In this document: positions 26,125 to 39,095 of the stretch, piece after piece | Position numbering within the stretch: position 1 is the first letter of the stretch | Layout of the letters: each line of letters begins with the position of its first letter | Assembly: GCA_964016885.1 (NCBI GenBank) | Contig: OZ024740.1 | Location: 381,920,001 to 381,984,000, forward strand | From: Eledone cirrhosa | Lineage: Eukaryota | Direction: 5' to 3' | DNA length: 64,000 nt | Notes under the pieces: generated by a model | The model's input: only the letters and a program-made list of their open reading frames with translations | Told to the model about the DNA's origin: nothing | Databases searched by the model: none | Translations under genes and position numbers: made by a program

Positions 26125-26233
26125 CCCGGACTCGAGTTTTGACCACACTTAATGCAGCAGTAGGGAGCACTGCATCCTCTGTCTGCATATTATGCAACAA
26201 TGCATAATCGGAGTATGTCGCTTCATCAGCGGG
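26125..26233 (-). ncRNA. Hammerhead motif with an 82-nt helix II domain; GAAA decayed to AAAA
   Basis: cccg-CTGATGA-[82 nt including attatgca ttgt tgcataat]-AAAA-ctcgag-TC-cggg. Helix III is palindromic and the site is GUC. Confidence 0.6.
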
Positions 26234-26540
26234 TATGGCCTAATCAATAACCAATCGAACGACAGAATTCAACCGTAGTCCATGCCGGCTATGAGTAATT
26301 GTGACCGTCGACACAGTAAAGTGATTAGCAACTGGAATCAGATACAACTCTGCCCCCCGACCAGCAACCGATTTACAAATTTACGTGGTGGCGGGAGATT
26401 AGAAAACAATATATATATATATATATATATATGTGTGAATGAAGTAATTCCATCGGAAAAGTCCAGGAAAAAAGAGTGCTCTATGTATGCAACAGAGCTT
26501 AATTATTATTATTATGTAATAAACAACATAAGGCAATTAT

Positions 26541-26598
26541 TCCATTTACCAGTGGTTTCTTAAAAGCAAAAGGTTTTGCTTTCAATCCTCAGAATGAA
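26541..26598 (-). ncRNA. Type I hammerhead ribozyme motif with intact core
   Basis: ttcatt-CTGAGGA-ttgaaagcaaaa cc ttttgcttttaa-GAAA-ccactgg-TA-aatgga; site GUA. Confidence 0.85.
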
Positions 26599-26889
26599 AA
26601 ATCCTGGTTTGTTTATTGAATATGGATTCTAAAAACAAAAATGCAATCTATATGAAAGTGAGGCTGGAAAAGGGAGAAGGAAAGGAAAAATAAAATAAAA
26701 CTACACATGCAAACACACACAAAAAAACACAAAAGCATACTTACACACACACACATATATACACATATAATTGCACGCATACACATATACATATACACAT
26801 ATATATATATATATATATATATAAAGAGCGTACACCTACATACACATACACATATATACACACATATACACATACATATATTCATACAT

Positions 26890-26938
<49 letters not shown>

Positions 26939-26977
26939 TACACACACACATATATATACACATGTACATATCCATAC

Positions 26978-27008
<31 letters not shown>

Positions 27009-27395
27009 TACATATATATACACATATACATACACACATACACACACACATATATATACACACACATATACATACATTCACACAAACATACAACGTACAT
27101 ACATACACAAATGCACTCCACTACATATTAACACACGCAAATAAATATAAGAAAAAAATATATAAATAATATTAACAAATTTTTGACAGCGATACATGCC
27201 CCAGCTAACAGGACAGACACGCGTGGTAAGTAATACACACATAAGCACATATACATACGTTCGAAATAGTAAACACATACACACACTCTCACACATAAAT
27301 ATACATATACAAATACATAAACACGTACATACACATACATACACAAACACGTACACGTATACAATATAAACACACACATGTATATGTAATTATAT

Positions 27396-27439
<44 letters not shown>

Positions 27440-27894
27440 ACAAAAATATAAGAATAAAAATATAAACGCACACACACATATAAATACGTAAACACACATA
27501 TACATACATAGCTAAACAATTATACACATGCAAATACGTATATATCAAAAGAACGCACAACCAAATACAAACACACACACATATATACACACACACACAC
27601 CCACACACAAACCCACACATACATAAAAATAAATAAATACACACGCACACATATACATACATACACATACATATACATATATACATATATACATATACAT
27701 ATATATATACACATATATATATATAAAAATATATATATATATACACACATACACGTACACATACACACATGCATACACATACACACACACATATACATGT
27801 GTGTATGTGTAAAGCTCAGTATTAGATAAGACAAATGAACCTTACATAAACGTATATATAGTAGTAAAGTAATAAAGCCATACAAGGCAATTAA

Positions 27895-27952
27895 TCCATT
27901 CACCAGAGGTTTCTTAAAAGCAAAAAAAGTTTCCTTCAATCTTCAGAATGAA
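27895..27952 (-). ncRNA. Paralogous hammerhead motif with GUG at the cleavage position
   Basis: ttcatt-CTGAAGA-ttgaaggaaac..gcttttaa-GAAA-cctctgg-TG-aatgga. Confidence 0.7.
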
Positions 27953-28035
27953 AAAAAGCCCTGGTATATCCACATATAGATACATATACACACACAAATA
28001 TACAAATATATACACACATACAGACACGCACACAC

Positions 28036-28072
<37 letters not shown>

Positions 28073-28374
28073 CAGACATATATACATACATATATATACA
28101 CATACATATATATATACATACATACATACACATATATATACATACACAAACATATACGTACACATATACATATATACACACAAAAATACATACACATACA
28201 CATAGGTATGTGAAGGGCAAAACAAAAAGAATATATGGGTGGGGGGGGGGGGCTAAGAGGAGGTAAAAATATAAGGGTAGGTAAGGGTAAACAAATTTGT
28301 TAAATATACAAGAGTACAGAAGGTAGAAGCAGCAAAATAAAAACCGTGGCAAAAGTAAAGAGCAGAGAAGGAGT

Positions 28375-30505
28375 TCAAGGCGGTTGATTTATCGTAGGAG
28401 TGTCAATCCAGTTACAGATCAGATGCGATTTCAGATGAGGACAGCATCTGAAGATCTCAGTCTTAGAGTTAAGGCAAGCGGAAGTGTCTCTCAAGTTTAG
28501 CAAAATCCTATACTTTTCTGTGGTACACAAAGAACAATTCTTTGTGCCCCTTTGGTACTCCCTCGAATGGTCTAATATAGACCAATCAATAGAGTACGGG
28601 ATATTACTATCCTTGAGATCCCATACCTTACTTGCGAGGGCCGTTGATGTTCGTTTATCTGAGTGTTTAAAAGAAGCGACATGTGAGTAAAATCTGGTTT
28701 TAAACCTGTCCTGGGTCATACCGACATATCGCTCGCTTCTGGCTGGCTGGTTGTTGATAACTGGCGTTATTTTAGCCTCATAAACGACAGATTTTGTGTT
28801 ACATTTACCCTGCAATGGGCATTCATCCGGCTTCCTGCAACTGCATCCTGGATTTATCCTCGTACGGTTTGAACTGGTGATTTTGGACTTCATGGATGGG
28901 CAACAAGAGTAGCTGATATTAACTACATTCCTATTAAACATCTTATAATATCTATGAATAGGAGGAAAATGTTTGTCTAGTAGTTCAAGGAATTTCCTTC
29001 CTACATTAGTTTTGACATTTAGAGAGAAGGGGGGTGTGAACCAAATAATCTTCCTTTTCCTGTTATTATGGTTAGTTTTAGGGGGGAGTAGGTAAATAAG
29101 AAATATTTTCTGTAAAACCGCTGTTCTTAAGGGCTTTATTATAATAAGGGGCGGCTTTATTAAAAATGTCTATAGACGAAGATAAGGTAGAAATCCTACG
29201 GCTAATGTTAGGAATAAGATTATTAAAAACTATAGGGGGATGGCAAGACTCTTTGTGTATATACCTAAGATTTTCATTAGGTTTATGATAGGGTTTCAAA
29301 GAGGCAGTAAGTAGATCAAGATTAATATCAAGAAAGTTAGCATTAGTAAGGTTCGTATCTATAGTAATTTTAAGGTTAAGATTAGCAAAGGTACTAATTA
29401 AATCTTTACGGAATTTATCAAGATTATGGCCATTGGTGGTATGAGAAACTGCTAATCCGTCATCACGGTATAAACCGATATTATGGGACGGAAATTTCTC
29501 TTTGAGTGTGTGGAGAAGGAATAATCCTACTAAGTCGCACACATCCGCACTGTCATAAGAACCCATTGCAACATCGAAAGAGTTTTCAGGGTTTGACTTT
29601 TTAACCCAAATATTATCATTAGTAAAAAGTAAAGTTTTTCTGGCATGAAAGATAATGTCCTCTTCTAATTTGGAGATATTAATGAATGGTCTTGCAAAAT
29701 CTAAGGCTTTAGTTAATAAGGAAACAGTAATAGAAGGGTAAAAATCGACAATATCAAATTGCGTAAATCTACACTTATTTTTACCTTGTATATTATTGAA
29801 CCAAGAAATAACAGAGGAAGTATTTAGCCACTGTGAAAGGACAGTGTTAGTTCTAATTTGGAGAATTATTTTTCTTAAGATTTTCTTACTAGCAAGGCCA
29901 ACCTGGGATTTAGCCGGGTTAATCAGTCTACAACTAGGTCGATTAGTAAAGTCCAATTTATGGTCTTTAAGGGTAATATATGCTTTACGCTTAGCTAAGC
30001 TTTCAATCCGGTTATCTATTTGTAAAGAACTAGCTAGTTCTTTAGCTTCTTTATTGATAGTATTGTAGCTATTATTATTAGTTAATTGATATTTATTGGT
30101 AATACTATTAGTTAAAAGTTGGTTATACAAATTACTATTAACTTCAAAGAGGTTTTTGGTTTTATCAGAAAGAACGAAAGTGTTTGTAGAATTTCTAAAA
30201 TTAGAGATATCGTGAGAAAGTTTAGTTTGAAAATTATTATTGTACTTACGAAATTTGATATCACTAATTAGATTAACGAGGTCTAATTCGAAGTTGGCCA
30301 TGTCTTTAATTCTAGGTGGATATTTACGGGATTTAATGTCAAAATTATCTTTAGTATCAGCACTGAATAGTCCATCGTAAACCATTGCCTTCCATCTCAT
30401 TCTTTTAACGACTTGCTCGATTTTATCAATGAGGATTTTGGTGTATGTTGTGTTGGAAGGAGTGGGTATGTTTTTGATAGAATAATCCAAATCATAAAGG
30501 TCCAT
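28375..30505 (-). CDS. PLE polyprotein: reverse transcriptase plus GIY-YIG endonuclease (709 aa if one extra C at 29081-29086 is removed)
   Basis: RT motifs CRLINPAKS, FDIVDFYPSI, AMGSYDSA, GLYRDDGL, FLDINL and YHKP. The shifted frame continues PKTNHNNRKRKIIWFTPPFSLNVKTNVGRKFLELLDKHFP into CSCRKPDECPLQGKC, VVYEAK..YVGMT..RFYSH, CSLC..E and LN..E...CPH. The span is 2131 nt = 710 codons + 1. Confidence 0.92.
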
Positions 30506-30767
30506 GGTGTATGTTGGTTAAATTCCTGAAAACTGTAGAGGGCTCAACTAATCGGGCTGGAAAGTGCCAATCGTATATGTAATATCGAATATGCTGCGAT
30601 CAATCCCGGTTGGAGCTGTATAAATGAAGTAATTCCATCGGAAAAGTCCAGGAAAAAAGAGTGCTTTATGTATGCAACAGAGCTTAATTATTATATATTT
30701 TAATTATTATATATTTAATTATTATATATTTTTATATATTTAATTATTATATATTTTTATATTTTTG

Positions 30768-30828
<61 letters not shown>

Positions 30829-31213
30829 ATATAATTACATATACATGTGTGTGTTTATATTGTATACGTGTACGTGTTTGTGTATGTATGTGTATGTACG
30901 TGTTTATGTATTTGTATATGTATATTTATGTGTGAGAGTGTGTGTATGTGTTTACTATTTCGAACGTATGTATATGTGCTTATGTGTGTATTACTTACCA
31001 CGCGTGTCTGTCCTGTTAGCTGGGGCATGTATCGCTGTCAAAAATTTGTTAATATTATTTATATATTTTTTTCTTATATTTATTTGCGTGTGTTAATATG
31101 TAGTGGAGTGCATTCATGTATGTGTATGTATGTACGTTGTATGTTTGTGTGAATGTATGTATATGTGTGTGTATATATATGTGTGTGTGTATGTGTAGGC
31201 TTGTACACACACA

Positions 31214-31244
<31 letters not shown>

Positions 31245-31516
31245 ATGAATATATGTATGTGTATATGTGTGTGTATATGTGTATGTGTATGTAGGTGTAC
31301 GCTCTTTATATATATATATATATATATATATGTGTATGCGTGCAATTATATGTGTATATATGTGTGTGTGTGTAAGTATGCTTTTGTGTTTTTTGTGTGT
31401 GTTTGCATGTGTAGTTTTATTTTATTTTTCCTTTCCTTCTCCCTTTTCCAGCCTCACTTTCATATAGATTGCATTTTTGTTTTTAGAATCCATATTCAAT
31501 AAACAAACCAGGATTT

Positions 31517-31574
31517 TTCATTCTGAGGATTGAAAGCAAAACCTTTTGCTTTTAAGAAACCACTGGTAAATGGA
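31517..31574 (+). ncRNA. Type I hammerhead motif in the inverted 5' pLTR
   Basis: Reverse complement of 26541-26598. Confidence 0.85.
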
Positions 31575-31607
31575 ATAATTGCCTTATGTTGTTTATTACA
31601 TAATAAT

Positions 31608-31655
<48 letters not shown>

Positions 31656-31672
31656 TTATCAAAATAGATTAA

Positions 31673-31723
31673 AGTTTAAGCAAATAAACGTTGCTTTCAT
31701 CCTTAACGGGATCTTCTGAAACT
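31673..31723 (-). ncRNA. Hammerhead-like motif with CAGAAGA core (U4A)
   Basis: agttt-CAGAAGA-tcccgttaaggat-GAAA-gcaa cgtttat ttgc-TT-aaact. Confidence 0.65.
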
Positions 31724-34715
31724 AAAAAAGTCAATCTGTGAACGCAGAAGTAAATATTTCAAAATACGTTGCAACCGAAGGAAGACAGGAAGACGATACT
31801 TTGGTTCGTGGAAACGTTCCCTGGCAAGGAACGGAAAGGAAATGAAGATAATATGTAATTATTTGGTGCGGTGAAAACAATTACACGCAAAGACAAAACC
31901 ACGTTTATGGTATAAATGAAATCGTAGACTCTAATTCTATTTAAAATGCTATCGGCTTCTGAGTTAAGAATAAAGTAAATAAAATACGGAGGTAATTGAA
32001 ATTAAATATATACATACACGCATCTATATACGTACATACACCATCATACTCGAAAACACTCGCCATGGCTATGCAAATACAAGCACGTACCCCCCCCCCC
32101 CCAAAAAAAAAAAGACACGCACGCATAAATAGAACCCAGGCAACGCCTGTACCCGCACACATACGAACGTATACACCAAATACACATAAAAATATATATA
32201 AATATATATATATATGTGTGTGTGTGTGCGTGTATACATAATTAAATAAACGTATATAAATATACCCACATAAATACGTATATTACGCGCGTACACACAT
32301 ACCTACATGTAAATACACATATGTTCGCGGACGTACGTCAGCTATAACACAACGTACACCTACACACACCCTACATTCGTACGAACCCGCATACTCACGC
32401 AGACGCAAAACTCACGTATACACATAACCAAACGCACATGTACAAGTATATATAATATATATGCCATAACATATACATGCAAATATACGTACGAGAAAGT
32501 ATACGTACCTTCACAAAACATACATATAATATATACTTACCTATACAAATAAGTAATGGTATAAACATAACATATACTTAGCTACCACATCAAGACGTAA
32601 AATATCCGCGTATAGTTCGTACTATCCGCTAGGGTATAATGTGGGGCTGTAATACAGGAAAGTGTTGTGCAATTTATGTTTACAAGCCGAAATTGCCTCA
32701 ATCTTTTTGTTTAAGATGTGGTCTTTGGCGCAGAGTATTTTCAGGGCTACAGCGGCACAGAGGTCACATGGTCTTTTATTTCCGTTATACGATCTAGCCT
32801 TAGCTAGGATCTCTCAGTGTAACTTATATTGGGTGTGGTTGTCTATTAGACTCCAGATATAAGCTGAAAGTGACGTCATATTCCTTCTTAAAGGGTTAAG
32901 AAAAGAATGGGTATGCATGTAAAGACGCTGCTTGAATCTGTTGGCGGTTAACCTTATATAGGCCCTACGGGACGTGGGTGTTTCAACCTTACATTTGTAG
33001 ACAATGTTACTAGAGAGGCATTTCCCGGATAGGGAGCAGTCATCCCGATTCCTATAATTACAGTTAGTACTAGCTACAGGGTTGCACGTGTTCCTACGGC
33101 TAGGTAATTTAGCTAAATTTGAAGCTGTGATGTTATGTGCAAGGTTAGGAGTCGTAGAGTAAGAAATTTTCATGGTATTTCTATTAAAAATGTTACTATA
33201 TTTATGTGCTGGGGGAAATGCTTAAGGGAGAGGAAGATCTTAGCTAATGGTGTGGCCACCTCCATATTTTATGGTGGGTTATACCATACAATGCGTCGGG
33301 ATCTATTTTTGCTAGGTCTATTCTTGTACTCCGTATAAGCTACCTTATTGACAAATCCACTCCGAGCAAGAGCTTCATTGTAATATGTGGAATGGCGGTT
33401 GAAAATATGCTCGTTTATAGATAGACGGGAAAGCCTCAAAGAAACGTTTCTTACCAGGTTCTTGGTTATGCTGGCAGGATTGTTAGAATGCTTACTTATG
33501 TAATTAAGCGTATCATTCGGCTTCCTATAAGGGTAGTGCAAGCCATTCGACAAGTTGAGGGTAACGTCGAGGTAATTAACGACCAAGAGGTTGGCCTCAA
33601 CCTTTATGGAGAGGTTGGAGCCTTTAAAGAAGGCTGTGAGTTCTTTTCTGAACCTGTCGCAAGCACGTGGACCGCACTTTCATGGTTAAAAGCCCGTCAT
33701 CACGGTACAAACCAACGCCCACGTTGGAGAAGACAGAACCACGTTTATGGTATAAATGAAGTCGTAGACTAATATTCTATTAGGTGGTTCATGGAGACAT
33801 TCTCTGGCAATGAACGGAAAAAAACGAAGGATAATACGTCATTATGTGCAGCGATGAGAACAATTATACGCAAAGACAAAACCACGTAAATGGAATAACT
33901 GAAGTCGTAGACTAAAATTCTATTCAGGAAACCAAATGATTCTCGGCTTTAGAGTTAAGAATAAAGTAAATAAAATACAGAGGTAATTGAAATTAAATAT
34001 ATACATACACGCATCCATATACGTACATACACAAGCATACGCGAAAACACTCGCCATGGGTATGCACATACAAGAACGTACACCCCCCCCCCAATAAAAA
34101 AACACGCATGCACAACCAGAACCGATGCAACGCCTGTACCCGCACACATACGAACTTGTACAGGAAATACACATACAAATATATATAAACAATAAATATA
34201 TATATGTGTGTGTGTGCGTGTATACATAATTAAATAAACGTATATAAATATAACACATAAATACGTATATAACGCGCGCACACACATTTCAATTACCTCT
34301 GTATTTTATTTACTTTATTCTAACTCTGAAGCCGAGAATCATTCGGTTTCCTAAATAGAATTTTAGTCTACGACTTCAGCTATACCATTTACGTGGTTTT
34401 GTCTTTGCGTGTAATTGTTCTATCGTTCCACATAATGACGTTTTATCTTCGTTTTTTTTTCGTTCATTGCCAGATAACGTTTTCATTGACCACCTAATAG
34501 AATATTAGTCTACAACTTCATTTATACCATAAACGCAGCTCTGTCTTTTTCGTGTAATTGTTTTCACCGCACCAGATAATGGGGTATTATCTTCGTTTTT
34601 TTTTCTGTTTTTTGCCAGGGAACGTTTCCACGAACCAAAGTATCGTCTTGCTCTCTTCCTTCGGTTGCAACGTCTTTTGAAATATTTACTTCTACGTTCA
34701 CAGATTGCATTGTTT

Positions 34716-34764
34716 AGTTTCAGAAGATCCCGTTAAGGGAAAGCAGCGATTCTTTGTTTAAACT
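34716..34764 (+). ncRNA. Second copy of the CAGAAGA hammerhead-like motif
   Basis: agttt-CAGAAGA-tcccgttaagg-GAAA-gcag cgattct ttgt-TT-aaact. Confidence 0.6.
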
Positions 34765-35056
34765 TTAATCTGTTATTTTAATAAATATTTGCTCTACGGT
34801 TCTATATATCTGATATATATTTATCCTTATCGAGCCCTCTTTGGATTTTAGTCTTCATATTTATTATTATTATTATATATATGTAGGTCCCGCGTACAAT
34901 CTGTCGTAACCACAGTTAAAAAATGTGTACTCAATACAAAAGTATAGTGTCAGCAAGATTATTTAATATGGAATTACATTCTAAAGGTCTAGAACTTTTA
35001 CATTCCAGTTGATTTCCCACGAATAAAACAGTAGTAGTCCTGTAGATATCATTTCT

Positions 35057-35209
<153 letters not shown>

Positions 35210-35218
35210 ATGTGTGAA

Positions 35219-35430
35219 GGTGTGTAGCTGAATGGTTAGAGGATTGGATTCGCAAACGTAAGGCTGAGAGTTCGATTTCCGGACAGGCTGATACGTTATG
35301 ACCTTCAGCAAGACACTTTATTTAACGTTGCTACTTCTACCTGGAGTTGCGACCGGTAGATAGTATCAGCAACTGGAAAAACCAATGGAAACAGTGTTTT
35401 CTCGGTCCGATTTGACGAAAATCGATCGTA
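35219..35430 (+). mobile_element. tRNA-derived SINE
   Basis: A box TAGCTGAATGG and B box GAGTTCGATTTCC, followed by cagcaagacactttattt. Confidence 0.65.
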
Positions 35431-35477
35431 ATATATATATATACATGTGTGTGTATATGGGTGGGGGGTGGGGGGGT

Positions 35478-35521
<44 letters not shown>

Positions 35522-35610
35522 ATATAGGGAAGTAAGGAATGATTTTGTGAGACGTCGATCGGCACTAACGTTAAATATTGACAGAATAGAAGTTGTAGAA
35601 TTTTTTTGGA

Positions 35611-35641
<31 letters not shown>

Positions 35642-35853
35642 TTCGTTTCTGAATTTGTTTAGCAAGATTCTTTATCTCAAAACGTGTGTTGAAACCGATA
35701 TTGTTATGCTTTGGGAGGGTCATGTTGTCAATGAGAAACACACGCACCAGTTGCTTTCACTCCAATTTATTATAAATTAAATTTATAAATTTAAGAATTT
35801 ATAAATTTCCAGTTGGTTGGTTGGTTCCATAACCGGACGGTTATTCATATATT

Positions 35854-35896
35854 GTCAAAGTTCTTTCGTCACACATTATGTGACCTCTTCAGTTAC
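35854..35896 (-). ncRNA. Family A hammerhead motif (diverged)
   Basis: gtaa-CTGAAGA-G-gtcaca taatg tgtgac-GAAA-gaac-TT-tgac. Confidence 0.7.
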
Positions 35897-36141
35897 TGGG
35901 ATTCTTTTCTTTGTTTTTGTGCCTCTTCTTTGTTCTGTCCTACGCCATCTTGTTTTTGTGTGTGTTGCGTGCTTAGTTTGCGCATGCGTTACATCCGGGT
36001 GTCTGTGTGTGTTTATAATTTTATTTATTTGTTTATTTACATGTTACTGGTTGTTGTTTGTTCTATGTGTGCGTGTGTTTTCATTTTGTCCTTAATTGTA
36101 AGTTGTGATGTTGCTATTCCATTCCTGTTTTCTATTTAATT

Positions 36142-37290
36142 TTGGTTAAACTTAAAGAACAATTAGAATACAGCAACCTCCTAACCCTGATAATATACTC
36201 CCGCTACGTTGATGATATAAACATCATAGTAAAAACACCCCCACTAGAGAACAGTCAGCAATTAGAGAAAAACACCATGGAAAGCATCCTGCAAATAGCT
36301 AACTCCATCCACCAGAGTATTAGAGTTACTATAGACTCCCAAATCAAACACCCTAACTATCGATTACCTGTACTAGACACAGATGTCTGGTTAGAAACCA
36401 TTAATAACAAAAAACAAATCCCCCATTCCCATTATGCCAAACCAATAACTTCCAAATATCTGATCCACCGAAACTCAGCTGTTTCGGACCACACTAAAAT
36501 CAACATACTGATTGCTGATTTGGTACGGGTGATGAGAAACGTATCCCGCATGTGCAACCCCCAAAAACTAGAGAGATTCATACAACACTTCATCCACCGT
36601 ATGCAGTTTTCTGGTTACAGTCAGAGAGATAAAATCAGAGTATATAGAGGAGCCAGAACCAAATGGGAAAAAATGGGATCTGCCCCTTGTATAGGACCAA
36701 ATTTTGGAATAGAATAGAAAGAACTAGGAATAAGGTTAATAGAATAAAGTCATGGTATGATAGCAATAAATACCAGAGTGTAAAGTTCATCAATACAACT
36801 CCTAGAGGTGAATTAGCTTACACATTTAGAAGAGCCCTAGATAAACATAAACTTAATATTAAGATAGTAGAAAGGCCAGATACCTCCATAAAAACACTTT
36901 TCAATGACTTCCCTGTATAGATAAGAAATGCATAATCTATAAACTAAGCCCCCATATTAACTGTAAAACTAGAAATGTAGTATATAGCATAAGATGTACT
37001 GAAGGACAATGTAAAGATAAGAATATAGTGTACATAGGTGAGGCAGTTAGTAGTATAGGAGAACGGTTCAATGAACATTGGAGAGAACTTCAAGATAAAA
37101 AAGAATGATCAATACTCCACCAACATGCTAAAATAGAACATAAGGGCAAATTAGAGAACATAGAAATAAAAATAGAATCTACACACAGAAAAGACGCAAT
37201 GTTTAAACAAATCACAGAGGCAATAAATATAAATGAACTCCAAACAAAATTAAATAGAAAACATGAATGGAATAGCAACATCACAACTTA
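36142..37290 (+). pseudogene. PLE RT palm/thumb plus GIY-YIG, frameshifted
   Basis: ORFs 36142-36717 and 36663-36920, plus a downstream NVVYSIRC..VYIGE frame with a stop. Confidence 0.85.
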
Positions 37291-37495
37291 CAATTAAGGA
37301 CAAAATGAAAACACACACACACATAGTACAACCAACAAACCAGTAACATGTAAATAAACAAATAAATAACCAAATATAAACACACACAGACACCCGGATG
37401 TAACACATGCGCAAACTAAGCACGCAACACACACAAAAACAAGATGGCGTAGGACAGAACCAGGGAGAGGCTCAAAAACAAAGAAAAGGATCCCA

Positions 37496-37538
37496 ATCAC
37501 TGAAGAGGTCACATAATGTGTGACGAAAGAACTTTGAC
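37496..37538 (+). ncRNA. Family A hammerhead motif (diverged)
   Basis: atca-CTGAAGA-G-gtcaca taatg tgtgac-GAAA-gaac-TT-tgac. Confidence 0.7.
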
Positions 37539-37679
37539 AATATATGAACAACCGTCCGGTTATGGACCCAACCAACTGGAAATTTATAAATTCTTAAATT
37601 TATGAATTTAATTTATAATAAATTGGAGTGAAAGCATGGTGCGTGTGTTTCTCAATGGCAACATGACCCTCCTAAAGTA

Positions 37680-37763
<84 letters not shown>

Positions 37764-37928
37764 TATTGTTATACTTTGGGAGGGTCATGTTGCCAATAAG
37801 AAACACACGCACCAGTTGCTTTCACTTCAATTTATTATATATTTATAAATTTATAAATTTACAAATCTACAAACTTATAAATTTCTGGTTGGTTGGTTGG
37901 TTCCACAACCAGATAGTTGTTTATATAT

Positions 37929-37973
37929 AGTCATAGTCCTTTCGTCACACACTCTGTGACCTCTTCAGTGACT
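37929..37973 (-). ncRNA. Family A hammerhead motif
   Basis: agtca-CTGAAGA-G-gtcaca gagtg tgtgac-GAAA-ggac-TA-tgact. Confidence 0.82.
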
Positions 37974-38237
37974 GGGGATTCCTTTCTTTATTTCTGTGCC
38001 TTTCCTTTCTTCTGTCCTACGCCATTTTGTTTCTGTGTGTGTGTTGTGTGCTCAGTTTGCGCATGCGCCACATCCGGGTGTCTGTGTGTGTTTGTGTTCA
38101 TTTATCTATTTGTTTATTTATTTACATGTTGTTGGTTGGTTGTTTGTTCTATGTGTGTGTGTGTTTTCATTTTGTCCTTAATTGTAAGTTGTGATGTTGC
38201 TGTTCCACTCATATTTTCTATTTAATTTTGGCTGTAA

Positions 38238-39068
38238 TTATTTTATGCTTACTGCCTCTGTAATTTGCCTAAACATTGCATCTTTTCTGTGTGTGGATTC
38301 TATTTTTATTTCAATGTTCTCTAATTTACCCTTGTGTTCTATCTTAGCATGTTGGTAGAGTACAGATGATTCTTTATTATTTTGAAGGTCTCGCCAGTGT
38401 TCATTTATCCGTTCCCCTATACTACGAGCTGTCTCACCTATGTACACTATATTTTTGTTTCTACATTGTCCTTCAGTACATCTTATACTATACACTACAT
38501 TTCTAGTTTTACAGTTAATATGGGGGCTTATTTTACAGGTTATACATTTCTTATCTATACATGAGGGTCTTTGGAACGGGTATGTCTTGCTAATAAGTGT
38601 TTTTACGGAGGTACCTGGTCTTTCTACTATCTTAATATTGAGTTTATGTTTATTTAGGGCCCTTCTAAATTTGTAGGCTAGTTCGCCTCTAGGGGTTGTA
38701 TTGATGAACATTACACTCTGGTATTTTTGGCTATCATACCATGAGTTTATTCTATTGGCCTTGTTCCTAGTTCTTTCTATTCTATTCCAAAATTTGCTCC
38801 TATACAAGGGGCAGGTCCCATTTATGTCATTATTTACCATTTTTTCCCATTTGGTTCTGGCTCCTCTATACACTCTGATTCTATCTCTCTGATTGTAGCC
38901 AGAGAACTGCATACGGTGGATGAAGTGTTGTATGTGTCTCTCTAGTTCTTCGGGGTTGCACATGCGGGACACATTTCTCATCACCCGTACCAAATCCGCA
39001 ATCAGTATGTTGATATTGTTATGGTCCGAAATGGCCGAGTTTCGGTGGATCAGATGTTTGGAAGTCAT
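38238..39068 (-). CDS. Truncated PLE thumb/linker/GIY-YIG ORF (left arm)
   Basis: Same protein as 12064-12735, extended N-terminally, with a premature stop after EAVSIK. Confidence 0.85.
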   Translation of the reverse strand: MTSKHLIHRNSAISDHNNINILIADLVRVMRNVSRMCNPEELERHIQHFIHRMQFSGYNQRDRIRVYRGARTKWEKMVNNDINGTCPLYRSKFWNRIERTRNKANRINSWYDSQKYQSVMFINTTPRGELAYKFRRALNKHKLNIKIVERPGTSVKTLISKTYPFQRPSCIDKKCITCKISPHINCKTRNVVYSIRCTEGQCRNKNIVYIGETARSIGERINEHWRDLQNNKESSVLYQHAKIEHKGKLENIEIKIESTHRKDAMFRQITEAVSIK

Positions 39069-39095
39069 GATGTTTGGAGGTCATGTTTGGAAGTC

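Larger units (their letters stand above)
26438..31612 (-). mobile_element. Near full-length Penelope-like element (probably Hydra-clade type) with 3' pLTR, ORF, partial direct and inverted 5' pLTR
   Basis: ORF at 28375-30505; 26438-26508 is repeated directly at 30623-30692; ~26505-27460 is repeated inverted at ~30755-31612; three HHR motifs; flanked by (TA)n. Confidence 0.9.
31652..34875 (-). mobile_element. Degraded Penelope-like element, family C, with tandem and inverted pLTRs
   Basis: VGLYRDDGL at ~33690-33716, NYLDVTL..YPYRKPN, RIVWYNPP, IVYKCKV..AYI..RLYMH. pLTR at ~31652-32300 is repeated at ~33731-34290 and inverted at ~34288-34875. Confidence 0.85.
35640..37683 (+). mobile_element. 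Family A PLE, 5'-truncated within RT, with an inverted pLTR at its 5' end
   Basis: Inverted pLTR at 35640-36143; RT motifs YSRYVDDINII and RLPVLDTDV; degraded GIY-YIG to ~37290; direct pLTR to 37683. Confidence 0.9.

Noticed and set aside
29078-29086. CCC-CCC-TAA as a programmed +1 frameshift between RT and endonuclease
   Set aside because: The related element at 33269-33586 reads through the same linker in one frame, and PLEs normally have a single ORF. A homopolymer indel or sequencing error is simpler.
31523-31535. Apparent helix-II-less core CTGAGGA-tt-GAAA
   Set aside because: A better canonical fold uses the GAAA at 31556 with an 11-12 bp helix II.
35219-35290. tRNA gene
   Set aside because: A and B boxes are present but I could not form a complete cloverleaf, and the sequence continues into a SINE body.
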